DNA of 64,000 nt from an uncultured Verrucomicrobiae bacterium. GTDB lineage: Bacteria > Verrucomicrobiota > Verrucomicrobiia > Limisphaerales > JAFGQR01. The translations under genes were made by a program, and so were the position numbers. Below, one piece after another: positions 32,543 to 42,495 of this stretch. The stretch covers positions 32,001 to 96,000 of the forward strand of contig CAWBHS010000078.1 in assembly GCA_963788655.1 (NCBI GenBank). The letters run 5' to 3'. The notes beneath the pieces were generated by a model. That model made no database searches, was not told the origin of the DNA, and worked only from the letters and a program-made list of their open reading frames with translations. Position 1 is the first letter of the stretch. Every line of letters starts with the position of its first letter.

Positions 32543-33118
32543 ATGTCATCGTTGGCACTCAAAGAACTCGTGGAGACGCCTGAACAAAGACCGCCGCCGG
32601 CCCGCACACTGGATTCGCCCCAGTTGGCGGCGATCTACGATGAAAATGCCCAATCGATTTACTACCTCGCGCTGCGTTTGCTCGGCGATCCAACCCAGGC
32701 GGAAGACGCCACCCATGACGTGTTCCTGAAGGCCTTTCGCAAACTGGACCAGTTCAAAGGCCGCTCCAGTCTGCGCACCTGGCTCTACCGGATCACCATC
32801 AACCATTGCCAAAACCTACTGCAAAACTGGCAGCACCGGCATATTTTCAGCAACGCGGACGAAGCCGTCTGGGAAACCACGGCGGGGCGGGCGGACAGTC
32901 CTTTGCGCCTGCTGGAAATCAAGGAACTCGGGCAGCGCATTCAAAAGACTCTCGACGCCCTGCCCGAAGAATATCGGCTGTTGATCCTGCTCGTGGCCGA
33001 CGAAAAACTGAGTTACGAAGAAGTCGGCCATTTGACCCAACAGACCGCGGATGCGGTCCGGGGCAAACTCCATCGTGCTCGCAAAGCCTTTACCGCCATG
33101 TTCAATCAAACCGCCTGA
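32543..33118 (+). CDS. ECF RNA polymerase sigma factor
   Basis: AEDATHDVFLKAF, TWLYRITIN (region 2); LPEEYR..LSYEEV..VRGKLHRAR (region 4). Confidence 0.92.
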   Translation: MSSLALKELVETPEQRPPPARTLDSPQLAAIYDENAQSIYYLALRLLGDPTQAEDATHDVFLKAFRKLDQFKGRSSLRTWLYRITINHCQNLLQNWQHRHIFSNADEAVWETTAGRADSPLRLLEIKELGQRIQKTLDALPEEYRLLILLVADEKLSYEEVGHLTQQTADAVRGKLHRARKAFTAMFNQTA

Positions 33119-33121
33119 CGT

Positions 33122-33367
33122 ATGAACGGCAAATCCAAGCTCACCCACCAACAACAAGCACAAACCGACGCTCAGCAGCAGACTTCCCAGCAGCAAGCCG
33201 GGAAGGAATTTGGCAGTGTCGAGGAAATGCTCCGCTTCGATGCCGCGCAGAATCCCGTGCCCGAAAAAGTGGCCGAGCGCCTTCAGGAATCGGTCGCGCA
33301 GGAGCCGACCCCGCCGCTTCAATCCTGGTGGAAACGGTGGTTTGGCAAGTCCTCCGGTAACGATTGA
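33122..33367 (+). CDS. Small hypothetical protein (Gln-rich N-terminus, SWWKRWF C-terminus)
   Basis: Starts 3 nt after the sigma stop and fills the gap to the ATPase. Confidence 0.7.
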   Translation: MNGKSKLTHQQQAQTDAQQQTSQQQAGKEFGSVEEMLRFDAAQNPVPEKVAERLQESVAQEPTPPLQSWWKRWFGKSSGND

Positions 33368-33398
33368 CGCCCCGCCCCACTACTCGCTCCCTTCGCGC

Positions 33399-34922
33399 AT
33401 GATCATGGCCAACGAAATTGAAGTTCTGATTCGCGCCCACTACCCGATCTTGTACCTGGTTACCAGTGAGGAATTGCGGGTCCAGGCGCTGATCGGCGAG
33501 ATCGCCCAGCACCGGCAGAAGAAAGTCTTCGAATGGAGTTACAGCACGGGCATCGTGCCCGCCGGCACGTCGATTCAGTCGCAGAAACACCGCAATCCCG
33601 CCACCAAAGATCCGCTGGCGGCGTTGGATCAGGTCATCGAGCAAGTCGAGCCGGCGATTTTTGTGTTCAAGGATTTTCACCCGTTCCTCAGCCGGAGCAA
33701 CTACGCCGTCATCCGCAAACTCAAAGACATTGCGCTGCACCTCAAGAACAGTTTCAAAACCGTCATCCTGGTTTCCCCGGTGATGGAAATCCCGACCGAA
33801 CTGGAAAAGGAAATCACCGTACTGAATTTTCCGCTGCCCACCCGCGAGGAATTGGGGGAACTCCTCGATCGCATCAGCGCGGAAGTGAAGCAGTTCAAGC
33901 AAGTGACCATCGACTTGGACGAAGCGGGACGCGAACGTCTGCTCCAGGCGGCGTTGGGCCTCACTTTGGGCGAAGCGGAAAATGTGTTCGCCAAAATTAT
34001 CGTCAAGGATCAACGGCTCAGCGGCGAGGACGTGGACGAAGTGTTCGCCCAAAAACAGCAAGTCATCCGCAAGAGCGGGCTGCTGGAATACTATGCTGCG
34101 ACTGAAACCTTCGATCACGTCGGCGGCCTGGCCATGCTCAAGGATTGGCTTACCAAACGCGGCGTGGCGTTCACGGACGAAGCGCGCGCTTTTGGCCTGC
34201 CCGCGCCCAAGGGCATCCTGATGCTGGGCGTGCAAGGTTGCGGGAAAAGCCTGTGTGCCAAAGCCGTCGCCCGCTTGTGGCAAATGCCCTTATTGCGCTT
34301 CGATATTGGCCGGGTGTTCGGCAGCCTGGTCGGCTCGTCCGAAGAAAACATCCGGCGCGCCATCGCCGTCGCGGAATCCGTGGCACCGGCGATTCTTTGG
34401 GTGGATGAAATCGACAAGGCCTTTGCCGGCGCGCGCGGCAGCGGCAGCGCCGACGGTGGCACCACCGCGCGCGTGTTTGGGACGTTTCTGACCTGGATGT
34501 CGGAGAAAAATTCTCCGGTGTTTGTGATGGCCACCGCCAATGACATCAGCGAACTGCCGCCCGAACTGCTGCGCAAAGGCCGGTTCGATGAAATTTTCTT
34601 TGTCGATTTACCGTCCGCGGATGAACGGTCCGCCATCTTTCGCATTCACCTGGAAAAGCGGCAGCGGGCCGCCGAGCAATTCGATCTCAACGCTCTGGCT
34701 GCGGCGAGCAATGATTTCAGCGGGGCCGAGATCGAAGAATCCATCATCAGCGCACTCTTTGACGCTTTTTCTCAGCGCCAGGAATTGACCTCCGAACATG
34801 TGCTGAACGAACTGAGTCAGACTGTGCCTTTGGCCCGGACGATGGATGAACAAATCAACCAGTTGCGACAGTGGGCCAATGGCCGCGCCCGCAACGCCAG
34901 TGTCCCCCGCGGCCTCAAGTAG
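33399..34922 (+). CDS. AAA+ ATPase, Ycf46 family
   Basis: IRAHYPILYLVTSEE, FKDFHPF, GVQGCGKS, WVDEIDK, LPPELLRKGRFDEIFFVDLP. Confidence 0.9.
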   Translation: MIMANEIEVLIRAHYPILYLVTSEELRVQALIGEIAQHRQKKVFEWSYSTGIVPAGTSIQSQKHRNPATKDPLAALDQVIEQVEPAIFVFKDFHPFLSRSNYAVIRKLKDIALHLKNSFKTVILVSPVMEIPTELEKEITVLNFPLPTREELGELLDRISAEVKQFKQVTIDLDEAGRERLLQAALGLTLGEAENVFAKIIVKDQRLSGEDVDEVFAQKQQVIRKSGLLEYYAATETFDHVGGLAMLKDWLTKRGVAFTDEARAFGLPAPKGILMLGVQGCGKSLCAKAVARLWQMPLLRFDIGRVFGSLVGSSEENIRRAIAVAESVAPAILWVDEIDKAFAGARGSGSADGGTTARVFGTFLTWMSEKNSPVFVMATANDISELPPELLRKGRFDEIFFVDLPSADERSAIFRIHLEKRQRAAEQFDLNALAAASNDFSGAEIEESIISALFDAFSQRQELTSEHVLNELSQTVPLARTMDEQINQLRQWANGRARNASVPRGLK

Positions 34923-34981
34923 CGCTGCTTCCAAATCTGTAGTCTGGCGGTTGCCGGCGAGCGAACGCCGGGACGGCTGGG

Positions 34982-36484
34982 TTATTCCGCCCGTCCGATC
35001 AACTGCGGCCATTTCGTTGGGCCGAAGCCCACGTTGGCTTCGGAGTTCAACGTCACTTGATTGTCGTTGAACTTCATCGTAAGCAGTGTGTGAAAGGGCG
35101 TCTCGTAGGCGCAGAGCTTGATTACGCAGGTGTCGTCGGTGGACCATGCGAAGGTGCCGGCAGTCGGTTCGTTGGGAAATTGCGCGAGCGGGCCGGCCAG
35201 GAACGGTGCCTGGGTTTTCTTCCATTCATGATAACCGCACGGGACGGTTATGTCCTTGCCATCGAGGCGGGTCGTCAGCGTCAGGGTCGGGTTGGTATCG
35301 GACGATTTGAGCGTCAGGCTTTCGAGCTTCTGAGCGTTGGCAGGAAAGACGAACTTGCGATTCAAAACCTTGACCGCCAGGGGAGACGTTGCCGCGCCGG
35401 GGGCGGGGCGGACTTCGAGATGCGCGAGCTTGTCTTTGAGTTGCTGGTCGGCGGTGCGATTGGCCGGCAAAGTCTGCGTTTGCAGCGCGGGCAGCAACTT
35501 GTCCCAAATCACGTTCAGCGTCGCCTGCATGTCTTTGACGCCGCTGGTGATCGCCACCACCGTATCCTGATCCGGCATGACCAGACAATACTGCCCGAAC
35601 GCGCCGTCCCCGCGAAAGGCATTGTGTCGGCAGCGCCAGAATTGGAAACCGTAACCCTGATTCCAATCGCTTTGCGGATTGTTGCCGTTCGATACCTGTT
35701 TCGCCGTGGCCATTGCCACCCATTCGGCCGCCAGCAATTGCTGGCCCTGCCATCGTCCGTGTTGCCGGTAAAGTTGGCCGAGCTTTGCGATGTCCTCGGT
35801 GCGCACACGTAGGCCGTAACCACCCAGCGAAATGCCCTGGAAGTTCGCATCCCAGACTGGATGTTCGATGCCGAGCGGGGCGAACAATCGGGGCCCTAGA
35901 AAATCGAGCACCGTCTGACCAGAAACCTTTTGGACAATCGCCGACAGCATGAAGGTAGCGGCGGTGTTGTACTTGAAGTAAGTGCCCGGTACGTGCGGAA
36001 CGGGGTGAGCGAGAAACGACCTTGCCGACACGGATTCCGGCGAAACGGACGGCTCATCCTGATGCCCGGTGGACATGGTCAGCAAGTCCCGGACGCGCAT
36101 GGCCTTCAAATGGTCGCTCGGATTCTCCGGGGCATCGTCGGGGAAGAATTTCAGCACCTTGTCGTCGATGTTCAACTTGCCCTCCGCGACCGCGAAGCCC
36201 ACCGCCGTCGAGGTGAAGCTCTTGCTCAAGGAATACAGCACGTGATTGTGTTCCGCGTCGTAGGGCGCCCACCAGCCTTCGGCGATTACCTGGCCGTGGC
36301 GCACGACCATTACGCTGTGCATGCCGTCGATCTGTTGGTCGAGCGCGTTCACGAATTCCAGCAGCGCGGCGGACGAAACATCTTGCGTCTCCGGAGCACT
36401 ACGAGGCAACGCGCCGGCGACTGGCGCCGCGTTCAGCGTTCCGGCCAAAATCAGGACGAAGCAAATTCGGAGTAGATATTTCAT
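34982..36484 (-). CDS. Secreted serine hydrolase, beta-lactamase family
   Basis: Signal peptide, SLSK (SxxK), LLTMSTG, YGFQFW, GAFGQY. Confidence 0.88.
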   Translation of the reverse strand: MKYLLRICFVLILAGTLNAAPVAGALPRSAPETQDVSSAALLEFVNALDQQIDGMHSVMVVRHGQVIAEGWWAPYDAEHNHVLYSLSKSFTSTAVGFAVAEGKLNIDDKVLKFFPDDAPENPSDHLKAMRVRDLLTMSTGHQDEPSVSPESVSARSFLAHPVPHVPGTYFKYNTAATFMLSAIVQKVSGQTVLDFLGPRLFAPLGIEHPVWDANFQGISLGGYGLRVRTEDIAKLGQLYRQHGRWQGQQLLAAEWVAMATAKQVSNGNNPQSDWNQGYGFQFWRCRHNAFRGDGAFGQYCLVMPDQDTVVAITSGVKDMQATLNVIWDKLLPALQTQTLPANRTADQQLKDKLAHLEVRPAPGAATSPLAVKVLNRKFVFPANAQKLESLTLKSSDTNPTLTLTTRLDGKDITVPCGYHEWKKTQAPFLAGPLAQFPNEPTAGTFAWSTDDTCVIKLCAYETPFHTLLTMKFNDNQVTLNSEANVGFGPTKWPQLIGRAE

Positions 36485-36537
36485 AGGAAACTTTGGAGTT
36501 GTTACCTGAGTCTGAGTGGGCTGTCCACTTTCTTCCT

Positions 36538-37325
36538 TCAAACGCCCTTTTGCTCCGGCGACCAAATCAGCTTGTGCAGTTGCACCTGAAAGCGCACCGG
36601 CAAGGCGTCGGCAATGATGGCTTCGGCCAATTCCTGGCGTTCGATGGCGGTCTGCCCGGCGGGGACTTGCTTCAAGGACGTGTCTTGCTGGGTCGGTGCC
36701 AATGGGTTGACCCAGGAAATCAGCAATGGGCATAACTCGGCCAATCGGGTACCTGGGCCATTTGCTGTTTGACCCACGCATAGTCCTCGTGCGTGCCGAT
36801 CACAAACTTGATTTCGTCCGTCGGGGTGAGGTGCAGGAGATTGTCCCAACGATTGCGGGCGACTTCACCGCTGCTGGGGCATTTCAAATCCATAATGCGA
36901 TGCACGCGCGGATCGACGGCAGCAATGTCCAGCGCGCCGCTGGTTTCGAGCAGCACGGTGTATCCGTCGTCGCAAAGCGATTTCATGAGCGGCAGGGAAG
37001 GGCGCTGGAGTAGCGGTTCGCCGCCGGTCAATTCGACCAATGGAAGTCGATAGGAACCGTCGCGAACCACCGTGCGGGGATTGTTGCCGAGTGCGACTGG
37101 GCGCTGGCTCGTAGGCGGCGCATACCGAGCGGCCAACCGGTTCACTTCGGCGTGAATCTCTTCCAGCGCCATTGGGTGCCCTTCCTTGAACGCATAGGCG
37201 GTGTCGCAATACGAGCAACGCAGGTTGCACGCGGTCAGCCGCACAAAAACGCACGGCAAGCCGGCGTAGGTGCTTTCGCCCTGCAAGCTCAGGTAGATTT
37301 CGTTGACAACCAATGTTTCAGCCAT
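36538..37325 (-). CDS. queE: 7-carboxy-7-deazaguanine synthase (frameshift near 36750)
   Basis: SLQGE, CNLRCSYCDT, TGGEPL, LETSG; C-terminal RFQVQLHKLIW in a second frame. Confidence 0.9.
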
Positions 37326-37414
37326 CTGCGGCACCAATGTAATGGTTGGGCGGAAAATGGGAAATTCGCATTTGGGGCATTCACATTTCGAGCTTCCCCC
37401 GCTACGGTTTCGCC

Positions 37415-38671
37415 GTGACGATTTACGACCATCCGACGTTCCAAATGGCCTGTCAGCAATTTGATCTGGTGGCTGACTACCTCGCGATTCCCGCGTGCGC
37501 TCGTGACCGGCTCAAGTATCCCAAGCGCGCGCTGGTGGTGTCCTTGCCCATTGAGCGGGATGACGGTTGCACGGAGGTGTTCTCGGGCTACCGGGTGCAG
37601 CATCACTTGACGCTCGGACCGACCAAAGGCGGGTTGCGGTATCATCCGGATGTGACCCTCGGCGAAGTGGCGGCCCTGGCGATGTGGATGAGTTGGAAAT
37701 GCGCCCTGACCGGGTTGCCGTACGGCGGCGCCAAGGGCGGCATTGCCTGCGACCCGTTGACGATGTCGCCACCGGAACTGGAACGGTTGACGCGGCGCTT
37801 CATGCAGGAAATGATTCCGTTCATCGGTCCCCAAGTGGACGTGATGGCGCCGGATATGGGCACCAATGAACAGGTCATGGCTTGGCTGATGGACACCTAT
37901 TCGATGAATATCGGCCACACCGTGCCCAGCATTGTCACCGGCAAACCGGTCGGCTTGGGTGGTTCGATGGGCCGCCGCGAAGCCACGGGACGCGGCGTCG
38001 CTTATCTGATCAAGAAGGTCATGGAAACCCTCGGGATCAATCCCGCCCAAGCCACTGCGGTGATTCAGGGATATGGCAATGTCGGTTCGGTCACTGCATC
38101 TTCATTGGCGCAATACGGCGTCAAGATTCTGGCCGTCAGCGACGCCAGCGGGGGCATTTACAATCCCAAAGGGATCGACCTGGCGAAGCTGGACCCCTAC
38201 GTGGCGACGAACAAAACGCTCGTAGGTTTTCCCGAAGCCGATCCGGTGACCAACGTAGAACTGCTCCTCACCCCGTGCGACGTCCTGGTGCCCGCGGCCA
38301 TCGAGCGGCAGATCACCGAGGCGAACGCCGCCAAAATCCAGTGCCGCATCCTGGCCGAAGCGGCCAATGGTCCCACCTCGCCGGAAGCGGACCGGATTCT
38401 GGAGCAGCGGGACGAAATATTTTTGATCCCGGACATTATCTGCAACGCCGGTGGCGTGGTGGTTTCGTATTTCGAATGGGTGCAAGACTTGCAAAGTTTC
38501 TTTTGGGCGGAGTCCGAGGTGGTGGAGAAACTGTTCCACATTCTTGACCGGGCTTTCACGCAGATCCTGCAACGGAGCCAGGAAGACAACATTTCGATGC
38601 GCATGGCCGCCCTCTGCCAGGGCATTGGCCGCCTACATCGCGCCAAACAAACCCGCGGTCTGTATCCCTGA
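37415..38671 (+). CDS. gdhA: Glu/Leu/Phe/Val dehydrogenase (glutamate dehydrogenase)
   Basis: GPTKGGLRYHP, GGAKGG, APDMGT, QGYGNVG, EAANGP, NAGGVVVSYFEW. Confidence 0.92.
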   Translation: MTIYDHPTFQMACQQFDLVADYLAIPACARDRLKYPKRALVVSLPIERDDGCTEVFSGYRVQHHLTLGPTKGGLRYHPDVTLGEVAALAMWMSWKCALTGLPYGGAKGGIACDPLTMSPPELERLTRRFMQEMIPFIGPQVDVMAPDMGTNEQVMAWLMDTYSMNIGHTVPSIVTGKPVGLGGSMGRREATGRGVAYLIKKVMETLGINPAQATAVIQGYGNVGSVTASSLAQYGVKILAVSDASGGIYNPKGIDLAKLDPYVATNKTLVGFPEADPVTNVELLLTPCDVLVPAAIERQITEANAAKIQCRILAEAANGPTSPEADRILEQRDEIFLIPDIICNAGGVVVSYFEWVQDLQSFFWAESEVVEKLFHILDRAFTQILQRSQEDNISMRMAALCQGIGRLHRAKQTRGLYP

Positions 38672-38730
38672 TCCAGTATCTGGCATCCGACATTTAACAA
38701 CCAGAATACGGTATCCGGCATCCAGCACCT
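38671..38730. repeat. Heptamer tandem repeats (ATCCAGC/ATCCGGC type)
   Basis: ATCCAGT ATCTGGC ATCCGAC ... ATCCGGC ATCCAGC between convergent genes. Confidence 0.55.
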
Positions 38731-38739
38731 TGCCCCTCT

Positions 38740-39129
38740 TTACTCCAGCCCTCGCTCCCCCAACTCCTCCTCGTCCAGTCCCAAATAGTGCCCCAGTTCG
38801 TGCAGCAGGGTGGTGCGAACTTCCTCTCGGAACCAGTCGGGATCGCCTTCCACCATGTCCCACAGATTCTCCAGAAACAGAAGGATCTGCGCCGGCATTA
38901 CCGCGTGATTCCCTTCGGCATAGGGGCCGCCAACAAACAGTCCCAGCGTGTCCGGCTCGATGCCGTCGGCGAGCAGCCCGCGATTGGGACGGCGTTCGTA
39001 TGTCACCGGCAGTGCCTGAGCTGCGGTGCGCAGTTTCGTTGGCAGCGACCGCAGCGTGGACGCGACTTCCGCTTGCGCCCAATTGACCAATTCGTCCCAT
39101 GCGGGCTGCTGACCTCTTGAGCGGCTCAT
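38740..39129 (-). CDS. Minimal zincin metallopeptidase family protein
   Basis: DTLGLFVG, TTLLHELGHYLGLDE. Confidence 0.88.
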   Translation of the reverse strand: MSRSRGQQPAWDELVNWAQAEVASTLRSLPTKLRTAAQALPVTYERRPNRGLLADGIEPDTLGLFVGGPYAEGNHAVMPAQILLFLENLWDMVEGDPDWFREEVRTTLLHELGHYLGLDEEELGERGLE

Positions 39130-39287
39130 GGGACGAACGAGTTAATTGGATGTGAACTAGCAAACACGCAGAGGAAAGTATTGATTTCACGGAACTGATG
39201 CCAGCTAGAACCAAGCTTGGACGGCATCCCCAATTACCCTCGGGAAAATGGTGTCAAAGACCTCGCTAAACCGTTAGTCTTGACCCA

Positions 39288-42200
39288 ATGAACACCGCAC
39301 TGCCGTTTTGCCGAAGGTACTACTTCGCCGTCATTGTTGCCCTATTTGTTTTTGGGTTGGTGTCAATAGTGATTGCCGCGGAACCCGCCGCCATCCGCGT
39401 GCTGATTTTCAGCGGCCAAAACAACCACAACTGGCGCGAAACGGCACCCAAGCTGAAGCAAATTCTTACGGCCAGCGGATGCTTTACCGTGGACGTCACC
39501 GAGCATCCTGAACGAGGCACGGCCGAGCAATTCGCACGGTACGACGTGATCCTCAGCGACTGGAATGCCTGGGGCAACGCGCCGGTCAAAGCTTGGCCGC
39601 CCGCAATGCGGAAGGCGTTCCTGGATTTCGTTCGCCAGGGCGGCGGACACGTGGTGGTGCATGCGGGCGGCGCCAGTTTCCTTGACTGGGAAGATTATCA
39701 AAAACTCATCGGCGGCACGTGGGGCAAGAACACCGGTCACGGCGCAATTCATGAGTTTACGGTAAAAATCGCCGACTCCAATCATCCCATCACACAGGGA
39801 ATGGCCGCCTTCAAGACCACGGATGAACTCTGGCACCGCATGGCGACGCAACCGAATATTCATGTGCTGGCCACCGCCTTTTCCGCGGTGGACAAAGGCG
39901 GATCTGGCAATGATGAACCCATGGCCTTCGTTACCCAATTTGGCCAGGGCCGCTGTTTCAACCTCGTGCTCGGCCACGATGTCCGCGCCATGGAGTCGCC
40001 CGGCTTCCAGGCGCTGTTGCTTCGTGGCACCGAATGGGCCGGCACGGGCAAAGTCACCCTCTCCGCGGCCGCGCTGCCCGCCGAAGGACAAATTGACGCC
40101 ACCTTGAAAGCCATGGCCTCGTATCGCTTCGGCGAGAGTCGGAAGTCTTTGGCTGAGGTTGAGAATCTGGTGAACGCCGCCGCCATCGATTCCACCGCCA
40201 AGCGAAAACTGGCCGCCAAACTTGCCGCGTTGCTTTCCAGCGATGCGACGCTTGATGCGAAACAATTTGTCTGCCGGCAGACTCTCCTTGATCGGTTCCG
40301 CCGCCGAAGTCCCGGCTTTAGCCCGGCTGCTGACCGAACCTGATCTATCCTACTTTGCCCGATTAGCCCTGGAGCGGATTCCTGCTGACGAGGCTGTATC
40401 GCTTTTGCAAAAGGCGTTGCTTTCCACGAAAGGCACAATGCGGATCGGGGTGTTGGATTCGCTCGCCGTGCGGAAGGCCAATCAAGCGGTTCCGGCCATC
40501 GCCGGTTTACTGACTGATGCGGATCGCAACACCGCGGCGGCTGCCATCGATGCGCTGGGTAAAATCGGAAGCGCCGATGCGGCTCACGCATTGCAGTCCG
40601 CCGAAGCTAATTTGCCGGCGGAATTGCGTCCCCGGCTCGCCCTCGCCTTGTTGCGGTGTGGGGAACAGTTGATCGCAGACAACCATGCTCGAACTGCGGC
40701 TCCCCTTGTGAAAGCTCTCTGCGCGTCGAATGAAACCGCGCGCATCCGTGCGGCCGCATTTCCGCTGTATGTGGAAACGCTGGGTGATCAGGCGGGCGAA
40801 GCAGTGCTGGCGGCTTTGTCTGGCAGTGACGCGGTTCTCCAATCGGCAGCGGTGGGTGCGTTGAAACCACGAAACATCTCGGCGTGCTGCAAGCCGCGGC
40901 TGAACAATTGGGTAAACTGCCGGCCGCATTGCAGGTCCAGTTACTGGCGGTGTGCGGTCAGCACGGAGATGTCTCATTGGCCCCAGTCGTCGGTCGGATG
41001 CTTTCCAGCCGGGAACCTTCCGTGCGATTGGCCGCAATCGGCGCGTTGGGCGCGGTCGGAAATGCGACGACTGTTTCCCTGCTTGCCGGTTTGCTCGGCC
41101 CGGCGGACCGCGACGAACAACAAGCAATCGGTGACGCCCTGATTCGGCTGCGGACTGCTGGTGTGGACGAGGCCCTCAGCCAATCGTTGCGGAGTGTGTC
41201 CCCGACGATTCAACCTGCGCTCATCAATGTCCTGGTTGGCCGCGCCGCTCATTCGGCCGTGCCAGTTCTGCTTGAACTTGCGCAAGCCAGTCAGGCGGAA
41301 GTCCACCGCGCGGCCATCGATGCCTTGGGCAAGTTGGGCGATACACGCGCCGCGCAAGCCTTGATCCGGCAACTCGATCAATCCGCTACCCGCGATCAGA
41401 CGGCCATTGAAGGCGCGTTGGTTGAGATTTGTGAACGCGAAAACACCACGGCGCCAGTGATTGAAGCGCTGCCGAGCGCCAGTGCTGCGGCAAAGCTCCC
41501 ACTGATCGGTGTGCTGGGCTCGGTCGGCGGTGATCCAGCACTGGCAGCGCTACGGCGCGAGATCAAAGCGAGCGATGCGGCAGTGCGTCTCGCCGCGGTG
41601 CGAGCCCTGTGCAATTGGCAAACCGCCGCGCCGCTCGATGATCTGGCCGCCGTGGCCGTGGAATCCAGCGAGGCGCAAGTCAAAGCCCTGGCCTTGCGCG
41701 GCGTGGCCCGCATGGCGACCTTGGCTAAGGACCGTCCCGACGAAGCGGCATCGGCCATCAAGCGCGTTCTGCCGGTGGCGAACAACGTCAATGAGCGGAA
41801 AGCTTTGCTGGCGGCATTGGGCAGTGTCGCCAGTGTCATTGCCCTCGAAACCGGAGAGTCACAGTTGGCCCAACCGGAAACCACCAACGAAGCCGCCACC
41901 GCCATTCTGCAGGTGGCAGAAGTCATTTACCCATGGTATCGCGCTGAAGTGCAAAAAGCGGTCGGGCGTGTCAAAGCTGCCAGCACGAGTCCGGTGATCC
42001 TTCAGCGGGCGGATGCGCTGGCGGCCAAACTAAAAGCTCCGGCCAACCTGGCTTTAGGTGGCATCGCAACTAGCCCCGACGACTTAGAAAAAGACGGCGA
42101 TGCCAGCGGCGACCAGGCGGCAATTGATGGCGATCTCAAGACCTATTGGGACGAGGCGAACGGCCAGAAATTGTATCGCTTACGGGTGCAACTGCGGCGG

Positions 42201-42461
42201 CCTTCCACGGTGGGACGGTTGCGGATTGTTGGCTGGCAGCATCAGAGCTATGCGGCGCGGGATTTCGAGGTATTGTGCGACGACCAAGTGGTCAAGACCG
42301 TGAAGAACGCTCGCTATGAGCAGAACGTGCTGAACGTTGAATTTCCGTCAGTAAAGTGCTCCACCGTGGAATTGAAGATCACCGGTTACTACGGACAAAG
42401 TCCCGCCGTTCGTGAACTGGAGATTTATGGGCCGACCGCCAGCGGTTCCGCGGACAAATAG
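39288..42461 (+). CDS. Secreted ThuA-like plus HEAT-repeat plus discoidin (F5/8 type C)-like protein (frameshifts near 40282 and 40875)
   Basis: SGQNNHNW, HPITQG, DELW, LGHD (ThuA); repeated AAIDALG-type HEAT units; NLALGG..AIDGDLKTYW..VRELEIY. Confidence 0.8.
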
Positions 42462-42495
42462 TGTAATGGAACAACGCAACTGAACCAATTGAACG

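Noticed and set aside
34982..36484. Serine hydrolase as an antibiotic-resistance beta-lactamase
   Set aside because: Only the family fold motifs are evident; most such proteins are esterases or peptidases.
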